Assembly (NCBI RefSeq): GCF_009914755.1
Contig: NC_060938.1
Length of the DNA stretch: 64,000 nucleotides
From: the human T2T-CHM13v2.0 reference genome, Homo sapiens
Reading direction: 5' to 3' (one strand)
This document shows positions 1 to 13,660 of the stretch, piece after piece. The notes beneath the pieces were generated by a model, which was given only the letters and a program-made list of their open reading frames with translations, searched no databases and had not been told where the DNA came from. The position numbers and the translations under genes were made by a program. Within the stretch, counting starts at the first letter, position 1, and every line of letters starts with the position of its first letter.

Positions 1-273
<273 letters not shown>

Positions 274-279
274 AAAAGT

Positions 280-3263
280 TATTTATTTTTAATTTCTGTG
301 GGTACATAGTAGGTGTGTATATTTATAGAGTAAATGACATGTTTTGGTACAGGCATGAAATGTGTACTAATCACATCATGGAGCATGATAATGTGCAATA
401 ATCGCATCATGGAGCATGAAGTATCCATCCCTCAAATATTTATCTTTTGTGTTAAAAAAAAATCCAATTATACTCTTTTAGTTATTTAAAAATGTTCAGT
501 TAAATTATTATTGACTATAGTCACCCTGTTGTATTATCAAACAGTAGATCTTATTCATCCTTTCTAACTATTTTTTTTGTACCCATTAACCATCCCCACC
601 TTCGCCTGATTCAACTGCCCACTACCCTTCCCAGCCTCTGGTAACCATCCTTCTGCTTCAACTATCTCTGTGAGTTCAATTATTTTGATTTTTAAATCAC
701 ACATGTAAGTGAGAACATGTGATTTTTGTCTTTGTGTGCCTGGCTTATTTCGGTTAATATAACAATCTCTAGTTCCATCCATGTTGTTGCAAATGACAGA
801 ATCTCATTCATTTTTATGGCTGAATAGTACTCAATTTTGTATATGTACCGTATTTTCTTTATCCAGTAACATGTTGATGGGCACTTAGGTTGCTTCCAGA
901 TCTTGGCTGTTGTGAACAGTGCTGGAACAAACATGAGAATGGAGATATCTCTTTGATATACTTACTGATTTCCTTTATGTTGGGTATATACCCAGCAGTG
1001 GGATTACTGGATCATATGGTCACACTATTTTTAGTTTTTTGAGAAACCTCCAAATTGCTCTCCATAGTGGTTGTACTAATTTACATTCCGCCAACAGCAT
1101 ACACATCCTCACATCCCGTCAGCCTTTGTTCTCCACATCCTCACCAGCCTTTGTTATTGCCTGTCATTGGATATAAGCCATTTTAACTGGGGTGAGACAA
1201 TATCTCATTGTGATTTTGATTTGCAGTTCTCTGATGATCAATGATGTTGATGTTGATGTTGATCATATGCCTGTTTGCCATTTGTATGTCTTCTTTTAAG
1301 AAATATCTAGTCAGGTATTTTGGCCATTTTTTAATCAGAGTTCTTGTAATTGAGTTCTTTCCTATAGAGTTGTTTGAGTTCTTTATAGGTATTGAATATA
1401 AATCCCTTGTTAGATTGGTAGTTTGCAAATATTGTCCCCCATTCTGTGGGTTATCTCTTCACTTTGTTGATTGTTTTCCGTGCTGTGCAGAAGCTTTTTA
1501 ACTTCATGTAATCCCATTTGTTTATTTTTGCTTTGGTTGCCTGTGCTTATGGGGTATTACCCAAGATATTTTTGCCCAGACCAATGTCCTGGAGATTTCC
1601 ACTAACGTTTTCTTGTAGTAGTTTTATAGTTTGAGGTCTTAGCTTTAAATCTGTAGTCCATTTATATTTAATTGTTGTATATGGTGAGAGATGAGGGTCT
1701 AGTTCCATTCTTCTACATATAGATATCCAGTTTTCCCAGCACCATTTATTGAGAGACAACCTTTTCTCCAGTGTATGTTCTTGGCACGTTTGTTGAAAAT
1801 GAATTTACTAAACAACAGATGTTGGTGAGGTTGCGGAGAAATAGGAATGCTTTTACACTGTTGGTGGGAATGTAAATTAGTTCAACCATTGTGGAAGGCG
1901 GTGTGGTGATTCCTCAGTGATCTAGAACCAGAAATACCATTTGACCCAGCAATCCCACTACTAGGTATATACCCAAAGGAATATAAATCATTCCATCACA
2001 AAGATACATGCACTCGGATATTCATTGCAGCACTATTTACAATAGCAAAGACATGGGATCAACCCGAATGCCTATCAGTGATAGACTGGATAAAGAAAAT
2101 GTGGTATATATACACCACACTGTGGAATACTATGCCGCCATAAAAATTAACAAGATCATGTCTTTTGCAGGGACATGGATGGAGCTGGAAGCCATTATCC
2201 TCAACAAACTGATGCAAGAAAAAAAAAACCCCAAACACCACATGTTCTCACTTATAAGTGGGAGCTGATCACATGGGCACAGGGAGGGAAACTACACACA
2301 CCAGGGCCTGTTGGGGCTGGGGTGGGAGGAGGGAAGGCATTAGGAAAAATAGCTAATGCATGTTGGGCGTATTACCTAGGTGGTTGGTTGATAGGTGCAG
2401 CAAACCTCCATGGCACACGTTTACCTATGTAACAAACCTGCACATCCTGCATATGTACCCCAGAACTTAAAAGAAAAAGAAAATGAATTTACTATAGGTA
2501 TATGGATCTGTTTCTGAGCTCTCTATTCTGTTCCATTGGTCTTTGTGTCTGTTTTTATGCCAGAACCAAGGTCTTTTATTTAATATAGCTCTGTAGTATA
2601 ATTTGAAGTTAGGTAATGTGATTCCCCCAGTTTTATTCTTTTGCTCTGGATAGCTTTGGCTATTCTGGGTCTTTTGTGATTCCATATAAATTTTAGGATT
2701 TTTTTCCCCTATTTCTGTGAAGAACGTCCTTGGTATTTTGACAGGGATTGAATTAAATCTGTAGATTGCATTGGGTAGTATGGAGATTTTAACAATATCG
2801 ATTCTCCCAATCCATGAACATGGAATATATTTTCATTTTTTGATATCCTCTTCCATTTCTTTTATCAGTGTTTTTTAGTTTTCCCTATAGATATCATTCA
2901 CTTCTTTGGTTAATTCCTAAGTATTTAATTTTATTTGTGGCATTTTAAATGAGATTACTTTTAGGATTTCTTTTTCAGATTGTTTGCTGTTGCCATATAG
3001 AAATGCTACTGATTTTTATATGTTCATTTTGTATCCTGCAACTTTCCTGAATTTGTTTTTTAATTCTCATAAACTGATACTCATGTCAGTTTTCTGGTGG
3101 AGTCTTCAGGTTTTTCCAAATATAAGATCATATCATCTGCAAATAAGGATAATTTGATTTCTTTCTTTCCAATTTGGATGCACTTTATTATTTCTTTGTC
3201 TGATTGCTCTAGCTAGGACTTCCACTACTATGTTGAATAACAGTGGTAAAAGTGAAAATCCCT
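280..3263 (-). mobile_element. L1MA2-like LINE-1, 3' UTR and 3' ORF2 (interrupted at 1811-2478)
   Basis: L1MA-type 3' end (GTGGGTACATAGTAGGTG...); minus-strand ORF2 peptides [33 protein letters not shown]. Confidence 0.9.
1811..2478 (+). mobile_element. 5'-truncated older L1PA 3' end inserted in the L1MA
   Basis: L1PA 3' UTR and A tail; exact 16-bp TSD GAAAATGAATTTACTA at 1795-1810 and 2479-2494. Confidence 0.92.
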
Positions 3264-3684
3264 TACAAAGTCAACCTAGAAAAATCACTAGCATTTCTAT
3301 ACACCAACAACAGTGAATCCGAGAGCCAAATCAAGAATGCGATCCTATTTATAGTTTCCACAAAAAGAATAAAATACCTAGGAATACAGCTAATCAGGGA
3401 GGTGAAAGATCTTTACCATGAGAACTATAGAACACTACTCAAAGAAATCAGAGATGACACAAACAAATAGAAAAACATTACATGCTCAAGGATAGGAAGA
3501 ATCAATATTGTTAAAATGGCCATACTGCCCAAAGGAATTTATAGATTCAATTCTGTTTTTAGCAAACTACCTATGACATTCTTCACACTACTAGAAAAAA
3601 AAACGATTTTAAAATTTATATGAAACCAAAAAGAGCCCAAATAGCCAAGATAATCCTAAGCAAAGAGAACAAAGCTGGAGGCAT
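3264..3684 (+). mobile_element. Internal L1P-type ORF2 fragment, no tail or TSD
   Basis: Peptide [27 protein letters not shown]...IKYLGIQL; opposite orientation to the flanking L1MA. Confidence 0.85.
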
Positions 3685-5872
3685 TCCTTCTCCATGTTAT
3701 TCTGAATTTCTTTGAGTTTCCTCAAAACAGCTATTTGGAATTCTCTGTCTGAAAAGTCACATATCTCTGTGTTGCCAAAATTAGTCCCTATTGCCTTCTT
3801 TGGTGAGGTCATGTTTTCCTGGGTTGTCTTAATGCTTGTAGATGTTTGTCTGTGTCTGGAAATTGAAGAGTTAAGTATTTATTGTAGTCATCACTGTCTG
3901 GGCTTGTTTGTGCCTGTCCTTCTTGGGAAGACTTTCCCAGATATTCAGAAGGACTTGTGTGTTGTAATCTAAGCTGTATCTACTTTAAGGGTCACCCCAA
4001 ACCTGGTAAACCTGTGGTTCTTGCAGATGCATAGAGGTACCACCTTGATGGTCTTGGACAAGATCTGGGTGAATTCTCAGAATTAACAGGCAGAGACTCT
4101 TGTTCTCTTCCCTTACTTTCTCCCAAACAAATGGAGTTTCTTTCTTTGCTCTGAGCTACCTGAAGCTGGGGGTGTAGTGTCACAAGCAACCTTTTGACCA
4201 CCACCATGGTGACTGTGCTAGGTTAGACCTGAAGCCAGCACAGCATTGGGTCTTGCCCAAGGATTGCTCAAACCAACTCCCTGGCTGCTGCCTATGTTTG
4301 CTCAAGGGTATGAGATTTTACAATCAGCAGGTGACAAAGCCAGCCAGGCTTGTGTCCTTTCCTTCAGGGTCACACGTTCACCCAGGCCCTGGGTGAGTCC
4401 AGAGGTACTCTCCGGGAGACAAGGAGTACCGTAAAAAACCTTAGAAGTCTATCTGGTGTTCTGCTCTACTGTGGCTGAGCTGGCAGTCAAACCACCAGGT
4501 GCAGTCCTTCCCACTCTTCCCTCCCCTTTCCAAAGACTGAGGAACCTCAGCCTGTGGCCACCACTTCCACAGGCCCATAGGGAATACTGCCAGACTACCA
4601 CTGATGTTCCTTTAAGGCCCAAGAGCTCTTTAGTCTGCTTTGGGTGAATGTTGCCTGGCTTGGGACGCACCGTTCAGGGCAGCGGGTACTCCTCTGGCCC
4701 AGGGCAGGTCCAGCAATGTCTTCCAAGGGCAAAGTCTTATAATTGGAGAACACAAGAATCCACTTGGTGCTCTACCGCCCTATGGCCAAGCTGGAACCTA
4801 AGGTTCAAGAAAAAGTCCCCTTTATTTTTCCCTCCAATTTTATTAAGCAGAAGGGGTCTTTTCCCATAGCCACCACAGCTGGGAATGTGTTGAGTCTCAC
4901 CTGAAGCCAGTAAATCTCAGAATCTCACTCAAGTCCCTCAACATAATACCTGGGTATTGCTGCTGGTTATTCAGGGCCCAAGGGCTCTTCAGTTAGCAGG
5001 CAATGAATGGTGCCAAGACTCAGTCCTTCCGTTTAAGGTAGCAGGTTTCTTTCTGGCCCAGGGTGTGTCTAGGAGTGTTATCTAGCAGTTTGGGCATGGA
5101 GAGGAGGCCTCATGACTCTGACTGGTACCCTATTCTGCTGTGGCTGAGCTGGTATTCAGGATGCAAGACAAAGTCCTCCCCACTATTCCCACTCCTCTCC
5201 TCAAGCAGAAGGAATGGATCTCTTTTGGAGACATGAGCTGTTCAGCCTGGAATTAGGGGAGGGGTGATGCCAACATTCCCTTAGCCTCTCTGGCTGATGT
5301 CTCAGTATGTCACGTGTCCTCCTGTCCTCTGGCTCTTGGCCCAGTTTATCACTAGGACTCGCCTAGGTGTTGCAGCCTAGACTGCCTTTCAAGTTTATTT
5401 AGAGTGCCAGAACACATTAGCCCATCGTGGTGAGGCTTGTGAGAACTGAAGTACTGTCCACTGGGATTAACAGTTTCCCCCCCAGGTAGGGCTCCCTCCA
5501 CCGGTGAGCATAAGCTGAGTTTGGTTCACTTTTCATTTCTGTTTTAACAGGTCAGCACTGAGTTCAATGCCTCAAATTGCTGTGCTTTCCCTGCCTCAGT
5601 GCACAGAAACCTCTCTGGACCACTCTGGCACTTCTGTCAGGGGATGAGAAAAGGGTGGTGTCAGTGATTCAGGACTGTTTTTCTACCTTTTCAGTGTCTG
5701 TTTCGGCAATATGAAGTTAAAATCAGGTACTGTGAGTGTTCCCTGGTTTTTGACTCTTATGAAGGTGCTTTGTGTGTATGTGTGTGTGTAGATAGTTGTT
5801 AAATTGGTGTCCTTGCAGGAGGGATGATTGGCAGACCCTTCTATTTCACCATCTTGTTCCACCTCCCCACTC
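3685..5872 (-). mobile_element. L1M 5' UTR and ORF1 start (probably the same element as 280-3263)
   Basis: ORF1-like peptide EICDFSDREFQIAVLRKLKEIQ; GC-richer UTR ending near CCATCTTG (CAAGATGG YY1-type start motif on minus). Confidence 0.8.
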
Positions 5873-5919
5873 CTGATCTTTATCTTCTCCTGTTTATTTT
5901 TCATACCAAAATTATCTTC

Positions 5920-6075
5920 TAATATACCAAATAATTTACTTACTTTTAAGTATTATGTATTTCCCCTCACCCCTCACTAGCATTATAAATGTAGCAACAT
6001 TTGTATGTCTTGTTTAATAGAACAGTGTGTGGCCTGTAGGAAGTCTTCAAATATTTTCTAATGGATTCATTCATT
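5920..6075 (+). mobile_element. Probable L2 3' end fragment
   Basis: Degenerate L2 terminal motif (...GTAGGAAGTCTTCAAATATTTT..ATGGAT). Confidence 0.4.
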
Positions 6076-7167
6076 TATTCCAAAATATTTTACTGCATAC
6101 AATGTGTTATGCAGTGCTCTTACTATATTTTCATGTGCTGCGTTTTCTGTAGTGCTATATAGTTCATGGAAGTATTTTAAATTCTTTTAATAGCTATTGT
6201 TCAGGGTTATTTGTATTTTGTGAGTTGTTAGATATAATGTACCTAGGACAATCTTGGTACATACTAAGTGATATATAAACGTTAATTTTACTTTTGGAGG
6301 GAAAAGGAATTGCTTCCTATAATAAATACATTCTAGGCTGGAAAGAAATGTAAATACTGTTATTTCTTGGCTTTCTTGAATACAGCAGCTCAGAGGTGTT
6401 CTTTTAAAATAATTTCACATGCACCATTTTATGGGATATAGTAGAATATATGTAATGCAACCATGCTATTTTATATGATAAAAAAGGGCTTTATGTGAGA
6501 CAAATGGGAGTGGGTTGGTGGGAGAGTAAATACACTTAGTGGATTCATTTGATTTTCAAGTAAGTGCATTTTTAGATTTTGGTATATTTTAAATTTCTTT
6601 CTGAAGGACCAGCATTAGTATATTTATCCTACAACATTGTATTTACAAATAGAGAGTACATTCTTTTAAAAATTACAGAGATTTGATATTCACTTGAAAA
6701 TTCAGTGTGGCCTATACTAATCCAAATAAAATAAGGAATATGATAAATGGAATTGCAAATAAAAATCCTTTCTTAACTCTCTGCTGAGATTTGAATAAAC
6801 TCTAGGACAGAATATAAGCTGATACAAAAATAAGACTGTAAGTGAATGTATATATGTAAGTGTGTAAGCATATATATATTTCTATTTTCTTTTCTATATG
6901 TCTATGGATATACCTGGTTCTTCAATCTATTTACATATTATTGCTTAGGTATTTCCTTAGTCTTCTGTTTCTACTTGACCAGTGTGTTGTTTTTTTCAAA
7001 AGCAATTTTTATTTTCTCATATTTTTTTTTATCTGGTACATTTTGACTTTCTCTACTTTTTTCCTTATGTTTTATGTATATCAAGCTCGATTTATTTTTA
7101 CCCATTTAATTTGCCACAAGTGGATTTTTAAAGTTTCATTATTTGTACTTGCAATTCTTAATAACAC

Positions 7168-7215
7168 TGTGTGTGTGTGTGTGTGTGCGTGCGTGTGAGT
7201 GTGTGTGTGTGTGTG
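7168..7215. repeat. (TG)n microsatellite abutting the HERV-H LTR
   Basis: Directly visible. Confidence 0.95.
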
Positions 7216-7571
7216 AACAATAAAGCTTTTTAATCACCTGGGTACAGGTGGGCTAAGTCCGAAAAGAGAGTCAGCAAAGGGAGATGGGGTGCAGCTGTTT
7301 TATAGGATTTGGGTAGGTAAAGGAAAAAGGGGGGTTGTTCTATGGGGGGCAGGAATGGGGGTCACAAGGTGCTCAGCAGGGGAGCTTTTGAGCCAGGATG
7401 AGCCAGGAGAAGGAATTTCACAAGATAATGTCATCAGTTAAGGCAGGAACAGGCCATTTTCACTTCTTTTGTGGTGGAATGTCATCAGCTAAGGCAAGAA
7501 CTGGCCATCTGGATGTGTACATGCAGGTCACAGGGGATATGATGACTTAGCTTGGGCTCAGAGGCCTGACA
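7210..7571 (-). mobile_element. LTR7 (HERV-H 3' LTR), U3-R present, U5 absent
   Basis: Minus strand starts TGTCAGGCCTCTGAGCCCAAGCTAAG at 7571; duplicated CTGATGACATT motif, TATA-like CCTATAAAAC, ATTAAA at 7229-7234; purine tract just inside. Confidence 0.93.
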
Positions 7572-10500
7572 TTCCTGTCTTCTTATGTTAATAAGAAAAA
7601 TAAAATGAAATAGTGGTAAGGTGTTGGGACGGCAAAAATTTTTGGGGGTGATATGGAGAGATAATGGGCGATGTTTCTCAGGGCTGCTTCGAGCGGGATA
7701 GGGGTGGCATGGGAACCTAGAGTGGGAGAGAATAAGCTGAAGGAAGATTTTGTGGTAAACATTTGTCATTTAGAATTATTGGTGATGGCCTGGATACGGT
7801 TTTGTATGAATTGAAAAACGGAATAAGAGAAGGAGAATAACAGGTATTAAAGGTCTAAGAATTGGGGAGGACCTAGGACATTTAATTAGAGAGTGCCTAA
7901 GGAGATTCAGCATAGTCCTGCCAGCAAAGATTATTTATTTACTTTAAGAGTTAAGAGTGGCAGTTTGGGGATAGCACCAGGAGATATCAGCTGTGATGGC
8001 TTGGAGAAACAGTGTAAACTGGCAGTGTAAACAAGAGCAGGGCAAGTATGAGTAGTTGAGAACAGTGAATAGGAGTATGACTAGACAAGATAGTAGGGAT
8101 GACAAGTTTTTTGGGGCACGGTCCAATTTGGTCTGGTGTCTGGAATGAAACTGGGGCCTAATAAAAAGGAGCGTCCATACAGGAGCTCAAATAGGCTGTA
8201 CCCTGTAGTATTCCGAGAACAGGTCTGACTTCTGGGAAGGGGAAGTGGTAAAAGTATTGTCCAGTCCTTTTTAAGTTGGTGGCTGAGCTTGGTGAGGTGT
8301 GTTTTTAAAAGACCATTTGTCTGTTCTACCTTTCCTGAAGACTGAGGACTTTAAGGGATATAAAGGTTTCACTGAATACCAAGAGCCTGAAAAAATGCTT
8401 GGCTGATTTGACTAATAAAGGCCAGTCTACTATCAGACTGTATAGAGGTGGGAAGGCCAAACTGAGGAATTATGTCTGACAGAAGGGAAGAAATGACCGT
8501 GGTGGCCTTCTCAGACCCTGTAGGAAAGGCCTCTACCTATCCAGTGAAAGTGTTTACCCAGACCAAGAGGTATTAGTTTTCTGACTTGGGGCATGTGAGT
8601 AAAGTCAATTTGCCAGTCCGGGGCAGGGGCAAATCCCTGAGCCTGATGTGCAGGAAAGGGAGGGGTAGTAGAATAGCACATGGAACACTGATAAGTGATT
8701 TCTTTGAGGATATATTTCTAGGATGGAAAGGAAATGAGCGGTTCTACGAGACGGGCTAGTGGCTTGTAACCTACATGGAAGAGGTTATGAAATGACGACA
8801 GAATAGAATGGGCCTGTGAGGCTGGAAGGAGATATTTTCCTTGGTCTAAGAACTATTTCACTTGTATGGGAAGAGATTGATAGGTGGCAGTTTCAGCGGG
8901 GGAGTAGGTGAGAGTGACCGATGTGAAGGAGAAAAACTGGCTGTGAGGGACAGAATTTGGAAAGCTAGCTGCTTGTCTAGCCACCTTATCAGCATAAGCG
9001 TTGCTTAGAGCAATGGGATCTGACGCCTTTTGATGGCCTTTGTAGTGAATGACTCCAGCTTCCTTTGGAAGTAAAGTGGCCTTGAGCAGAGTTTTTATTA
9101 AAGAGGCATTAATAATGGAGGACCTTTGCATAGTGAGGAAACCTCTTTCAGCCTATGTAACAGCATGTTGGTGCAAAATATGAAAGACATATTTACAGTC
9201 AGTATAAATATTGACACGTAGTGTTTTTGCAAGAGTGAGGGCTTCAGTTAAGGCAACTAGTTCGGCTTGCTGAGAGGTAGTGGAGGTGGGCAGAGCAGTG
9301 GCCTCAATGATAGATGTGGAAGATAATATAGCATAGCCTGCCTTTGCTGGTGAGTGGTGATTAGGCCTGGTGGAACTGCCATCAATAAACTAAATGTGTT
9401 CAGGGTGAGGAACAGGAAATAAGGAAATATGGGGAAATGGGGTGAATGTCAGGTGGATCAGAGAGATACAGTCATGAGGGTCAGGTGTGGTATCCAGAAT
9501 AATGTGGGAGGCCAGATTGAAGTCCATGCCAGGAACAATGGTAATTGTGGAAGACTCAACGAAGAGTGAATATAGCTGAAGGAGCCGGGAAGCAGAAAGT
9601 ATATGCGTCAGGTATGAGGAAGAAAATAGATATTGGAAGTTATAAGAACTGTAGAGAGTGAGTTGAGCATAGTTTGTGATTTTTAGGGCCTCTAAAAGTA
9701 TTAAAGCAGTGGCAGCCACTGCATGCAGACATGAGGGCTAGGCTAAAACAGTAAGGTCAAGTTGTTTGGACAGAAACGCTGCAGGGTGCGGTCCTGGCTC
9801 TTGTGTAAGAATTCTGACCGCAGTAACCATGCCTAGGAAGGAAAGAAGTTGTTGTTTTGTGGAAGGGATTGAGGTTTGGGAGATTATTCGGACACAATCA
9901 GCAGGGAGAGCACATGTGTTTTTACGAGAATTATGCTGAGATAGGTAACAGATGAGGAAGAAATTTGGGCTTGACTGAAGTAATGGGGGCTGTCTGTGAA
10001 GCTTTGCAGCAGTACAGCCTAGGTAATTTGCTGAGCCTGATGGGTGTCAGGGTCAGTCCAAGTGAAAGCAAAGAGAGGCTGGGATGAAGGGTGCAAAGGA
10101 ATAGTAAAGAAAGCATGTTTGAGTTCTAGAACAGAATAATGGATTGTGGAGGGAGGTATTGAGGATATGAGAGTATATGGGTTTGGCACCACGGGGTGCA
10201 TAGGCAAAACAGTTTGGTTGATAAGGCACAGATCCTGAACTAACCTGTAAGGCTTGTTTGGTTCTAGGACAGGTAAAATGGGGGAATTGTAAGGAGAGTT
10301 TATAGGCTTTAAAAGGCCATGCTGTAGCAGGCGAGTGATAACAGGCTTTAATCCTTTTAAAGCGTGCTGTGGGATGGGATATTGGCATTGAGTGGGGTAA
10401 GGGTGATTAGGTTTTAATGAGATGGTAAGGGGTGCATGATCGGTCACCAAGGAGGGAGTAGAGGTATCCTATACTTGTGGGTTAAGGTGGGGGGATGCAA

Positions 10501-11983
10501 GAGGAGGACATAAAGGAGGCTTTGGATTGGGAAGAAGGGTGGCAATGAGATGTGGCTGTAGTCCAGGAATAGTCAGGGAAGCAGATAATTTAGTTAAAGT
10601 GTCTCAGCCTAATAAGGGAACTGGGCAGGTGGGGATAACTAAAAAGGAGTGCTTAAAAGAGTATTGTCTAAGTTGGCACCAGAGTTGGAGAGTTTTAAGA
10701 GGTTTAGAAGCCTGGCTGTCAATACCCACAACAGTTACGGAGGCAAGGGAAACAGGCCCTTGAAAAGAAGGTAATGTGGAGTGGGTAGCCTCCGTATTGA
10801 TTAAGAAGGGGATGGACTTGCCCTCCACTGTGAGAGTTACCTAAAGCTCGGCGTCCGTGATGGTCTAGGGGCTTCTGAGGCGATTGGGCAGTGTCAGTCT
10901 TCAGCCGCTAAGCCGAGAAGATCTGGGAAGGAGTCAGTCAGAGAGCCTTGGGCCAGAGTTCCAGGGGCTCTGGGAGTGGCTGCCAGGTGAGTTGGACAGT
11001 CTGATTTCCAGTGGGGTCCCGCCCAGATGGGACGAGGCTTGGGAGGAATCCTGGGTTGCGGGCATTCCTTGGCCTGGTGGCCAGATTTCTGGCACTTGTA
11101 GCAAGCTTCTGGGGAAGGCAGGCCTGGAGGAATGCCTGGCCACTGCGGTTTAGGCGTTTGGAAGTTCGTGTGCTGGAGATGTGGCTGGGGTTTGTCTCAC
11201 AGTGGAGGCAAGGAATTGCAACTCAGAAATATGTTGCTACTTGGCTGCCTCTACTCTATTATTGTACATCTTGAAGGCGAGGTTAATTAAGTCCTGTTGT
11301 GGGGTTTGAGGGCCGGAATTTAATTTTTGGAGTTTTATTTAATGTCGGGGGCAGATTGGGTAATAAAATGTATATTGAGAATAAGACGGCCTTTTGATCT
11401 TTTAGGGTCTAGGGCTGTAAAGCATCTCAGGGTTGCTGCCAAACGAGCCATGAACTGGGCTGGGTTTTTCATATTTGATGAAAAAGAGCCTAAATGCTAA
11501 CTGATTTGGGAGAGGTCAGATAAAGAAAAAGGAGCATTAACCTTGACTATGCCTTTAGCTCCAGCCACCTTTTTAAGAGGAAATTGCTGGGCAGGTGGGG
11601 GAGGGCTGGTCACGGAACGAAACTGTAAGCGGGACCAGGTGTGAGGAGGGGAGGTGATAAAAAGATTATAGGGTGGAGGAGCAGAGGCTGAGGAAGAATT
11701 GGGACCTAGCTCGGCCTGGCGAGGAGCAGCCTGGGGAGGAGGGGAGAGGTCAGATGGGTCTGTAGAAAAGGAAGATTAGACTCAGCGACGCTTGGGGTTG
11801 GGACTGAGGGGACAGGCGGGAGGGAAAGAAGGAAGATTTGGGACAAGTTGCATTGGGCACAGAGACTAGGGAGGGACCGATGTGTAAAAGAATGCCTGGA
11901 CGTCAGGCACGTCAGACCGTTTGCGCATTTTACGACAAGAATTATTTTGATCTTGTAGGATGGAAACATTGTAAGTGCCATTT
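7572..11983 (-). mobile_element. HERV-H internal region (partial gag, pro, deleted pol, env remnant), 5'-truncated with no 5' LTR
   Basis: Gag knuckle CYKCQKSGHQAKEC (~11060-11105), protease FLINTEATHS (10604-10828), RT YRLVQDL/KHAFF/FAFTW (10019-10450), RNase H VIHYKGHQ..NAYAD (8853-9131); frames broken. Confidence 0.93.
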
Positions 11984-12569
11984 TTTATTTATTATTTTTT
12001 CTATTTCTCTCACCATTTTTCATCTCCACCAAAGTAAAAGTTTTTTCATTTTGTTTCACTTTTGCAATGATCTTTTGTTTGACTGGTATACCATTTCCCC
12101 TCTTCCTCTTCCAGCAAACCTCTACTTGTCCTTCTTGACTCAGCTCAGGTAAATGCCATCTTCCCTGGTAGGTCCCAGCTGACCACCCACACCCTTCCCA
12201 GATAGGAATAGGTGGTCCTTTTCTGCACTTCTGCACCAACCAGTGCATATGCCTATAATCACATTTATTTTTTATCTGTTTGTCTTTTATTTAACATCCT
12301 TCACAGTGGGATTCTTTTGTTCACCTCTGATTTATAATATCCCCACGCATCTCCTGGAACAAAGTAGATAACTCCATACTTTTATTTTAAAGATCGTTGA
12401 TAAGAAATTTTGTATTTTAAAAAAGTTTATAGGTGGGAAAATACTTTCTTTTGTAGATACTTAAATTCAAATTGTTTAGAAGTGTTTGAAATAGTCCTGA
12501 AATCTTAAACAATGCTAAGCATTACAAAACAAACATTTGGCCAAAGTATATTTTTTACAGATATCAAAG

Positions 12570-12712
12570 TAATGATTCTAAGACATTAACAAGAAGTTTT
12601 TGTATGCCATTAAGGCACTGTGTCATGTGGTTTTCCTAAATGTATTCTCATTTTCGTTCTTACAACAACCTTGCCAATATAATTATCACGTTTATAGAAA
12701 TAGGTACTGAGT
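12570..12712 (-). mobile_element. MIR fragment
   Basis: MIR core-like AGGCACTGTG...TCTTACAACAACCTTG...TTTATAGAAATAGGTACTGAG. Confidence 0.6.
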
Positions 12713-12769
12713 GAAAAATAATGTCCCTCTTTACCTCTTTAGAAACTAATAGTGATCTTCTGTGACTTA

Positions 12770-13660
12770 TCTGTTTCTCTTTGGTATTTATATTCTTAGT
12801 GAATGCCACCTGTCTTCACCAGGTTGTTTCAGTTAGGAACTAAGGTGCCATTAGTGACTGACAGTCTTCTCTCTCCCCACCTGTAGCCCATCACAAATTC
12901 CCATTGACATACCTACCTCACAACAGAATCCATCCACTTGTCTCTATTAATGTGGCTGTGCAATTAGTTCAGGCTGCTTTCATTGCTTACCTGGGTGCCT
13001 GCCACAGTTTCCTAATGGGCCTCCTTGCCTCCAGCCTACCTGCAATTCAATTTGATTTCTATCATTTCTCTTGCAATGAGAGGAATCTTCGTGTAATTGT
13101 GTCACTGTCCCTCTAAAAATATGTTCATGACTCTCGTATGTTCTCAGGATAAAATAAAAATTCCTTCATTATCTGGATCTAATCACTGTTCTGCAGTTCA
13201 CTCAGTCCTCCAGTCAGATAGGATGTTCTGTTCTCCTGAGCTCTCTTGCTCTCCTCCCTCCTCCTTTCTTTCTAGGACTGCATGTGTTTTATGTGGCTGT
13301 GGAACATTTTGCCTGCCTGCCTTCCTTTTGTTATCTCATGTTTCTGATACCTGCTTATCGTCTTAGCCCTTATTCTAGAGATTCTGCTCCTTTAAGACAC
13401 TTTCCTGCTCAATGCTTATTTTGCCTGCAACACCATCACCTTCATTCAAATGAGATGTGCTTCCTCTGTGCTTCTTTGGCATCCTGCACTTTATCTTTAA
13501 TAACATTTACCACAGCAAATTGCTTCTGCCTATTTATTTCTCTGTGTCCCAAGGGCTGCGCCAGTGCCTCGTGCATTGTTATATTACAATCACTTAATGC
13601 TGTGCTTAGTACACCTTAGGAGGAATGCAAATAAAGATTTGCTAGATGAATGAACGAACT
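12770..13660 (+). mobile_element. L2 3' region
   Basis: L2 motifs (CCTAATGGGCCTCCTTGCCTCCAG) and terminal ATAAAGATTTGC..ATGAATGAA. Confidence 0.75.

Noticed and set aside
369-419. ~31-bp local duplication (AATC[A/G]CATCATGGAGCATGA)
   Set aside because: Ordinary slippage inside an L1 3' UTR
6550-6570. Donor-like CAA|GTAAGT
   Set aside because: No convincing upstream acceptor or reading frame
6846-7198. Hydrophobic 66- and 112-aa ORFs
   Set aside because: Product of T-rich low-complexity DNA and the TG repeat; no recognisable domain
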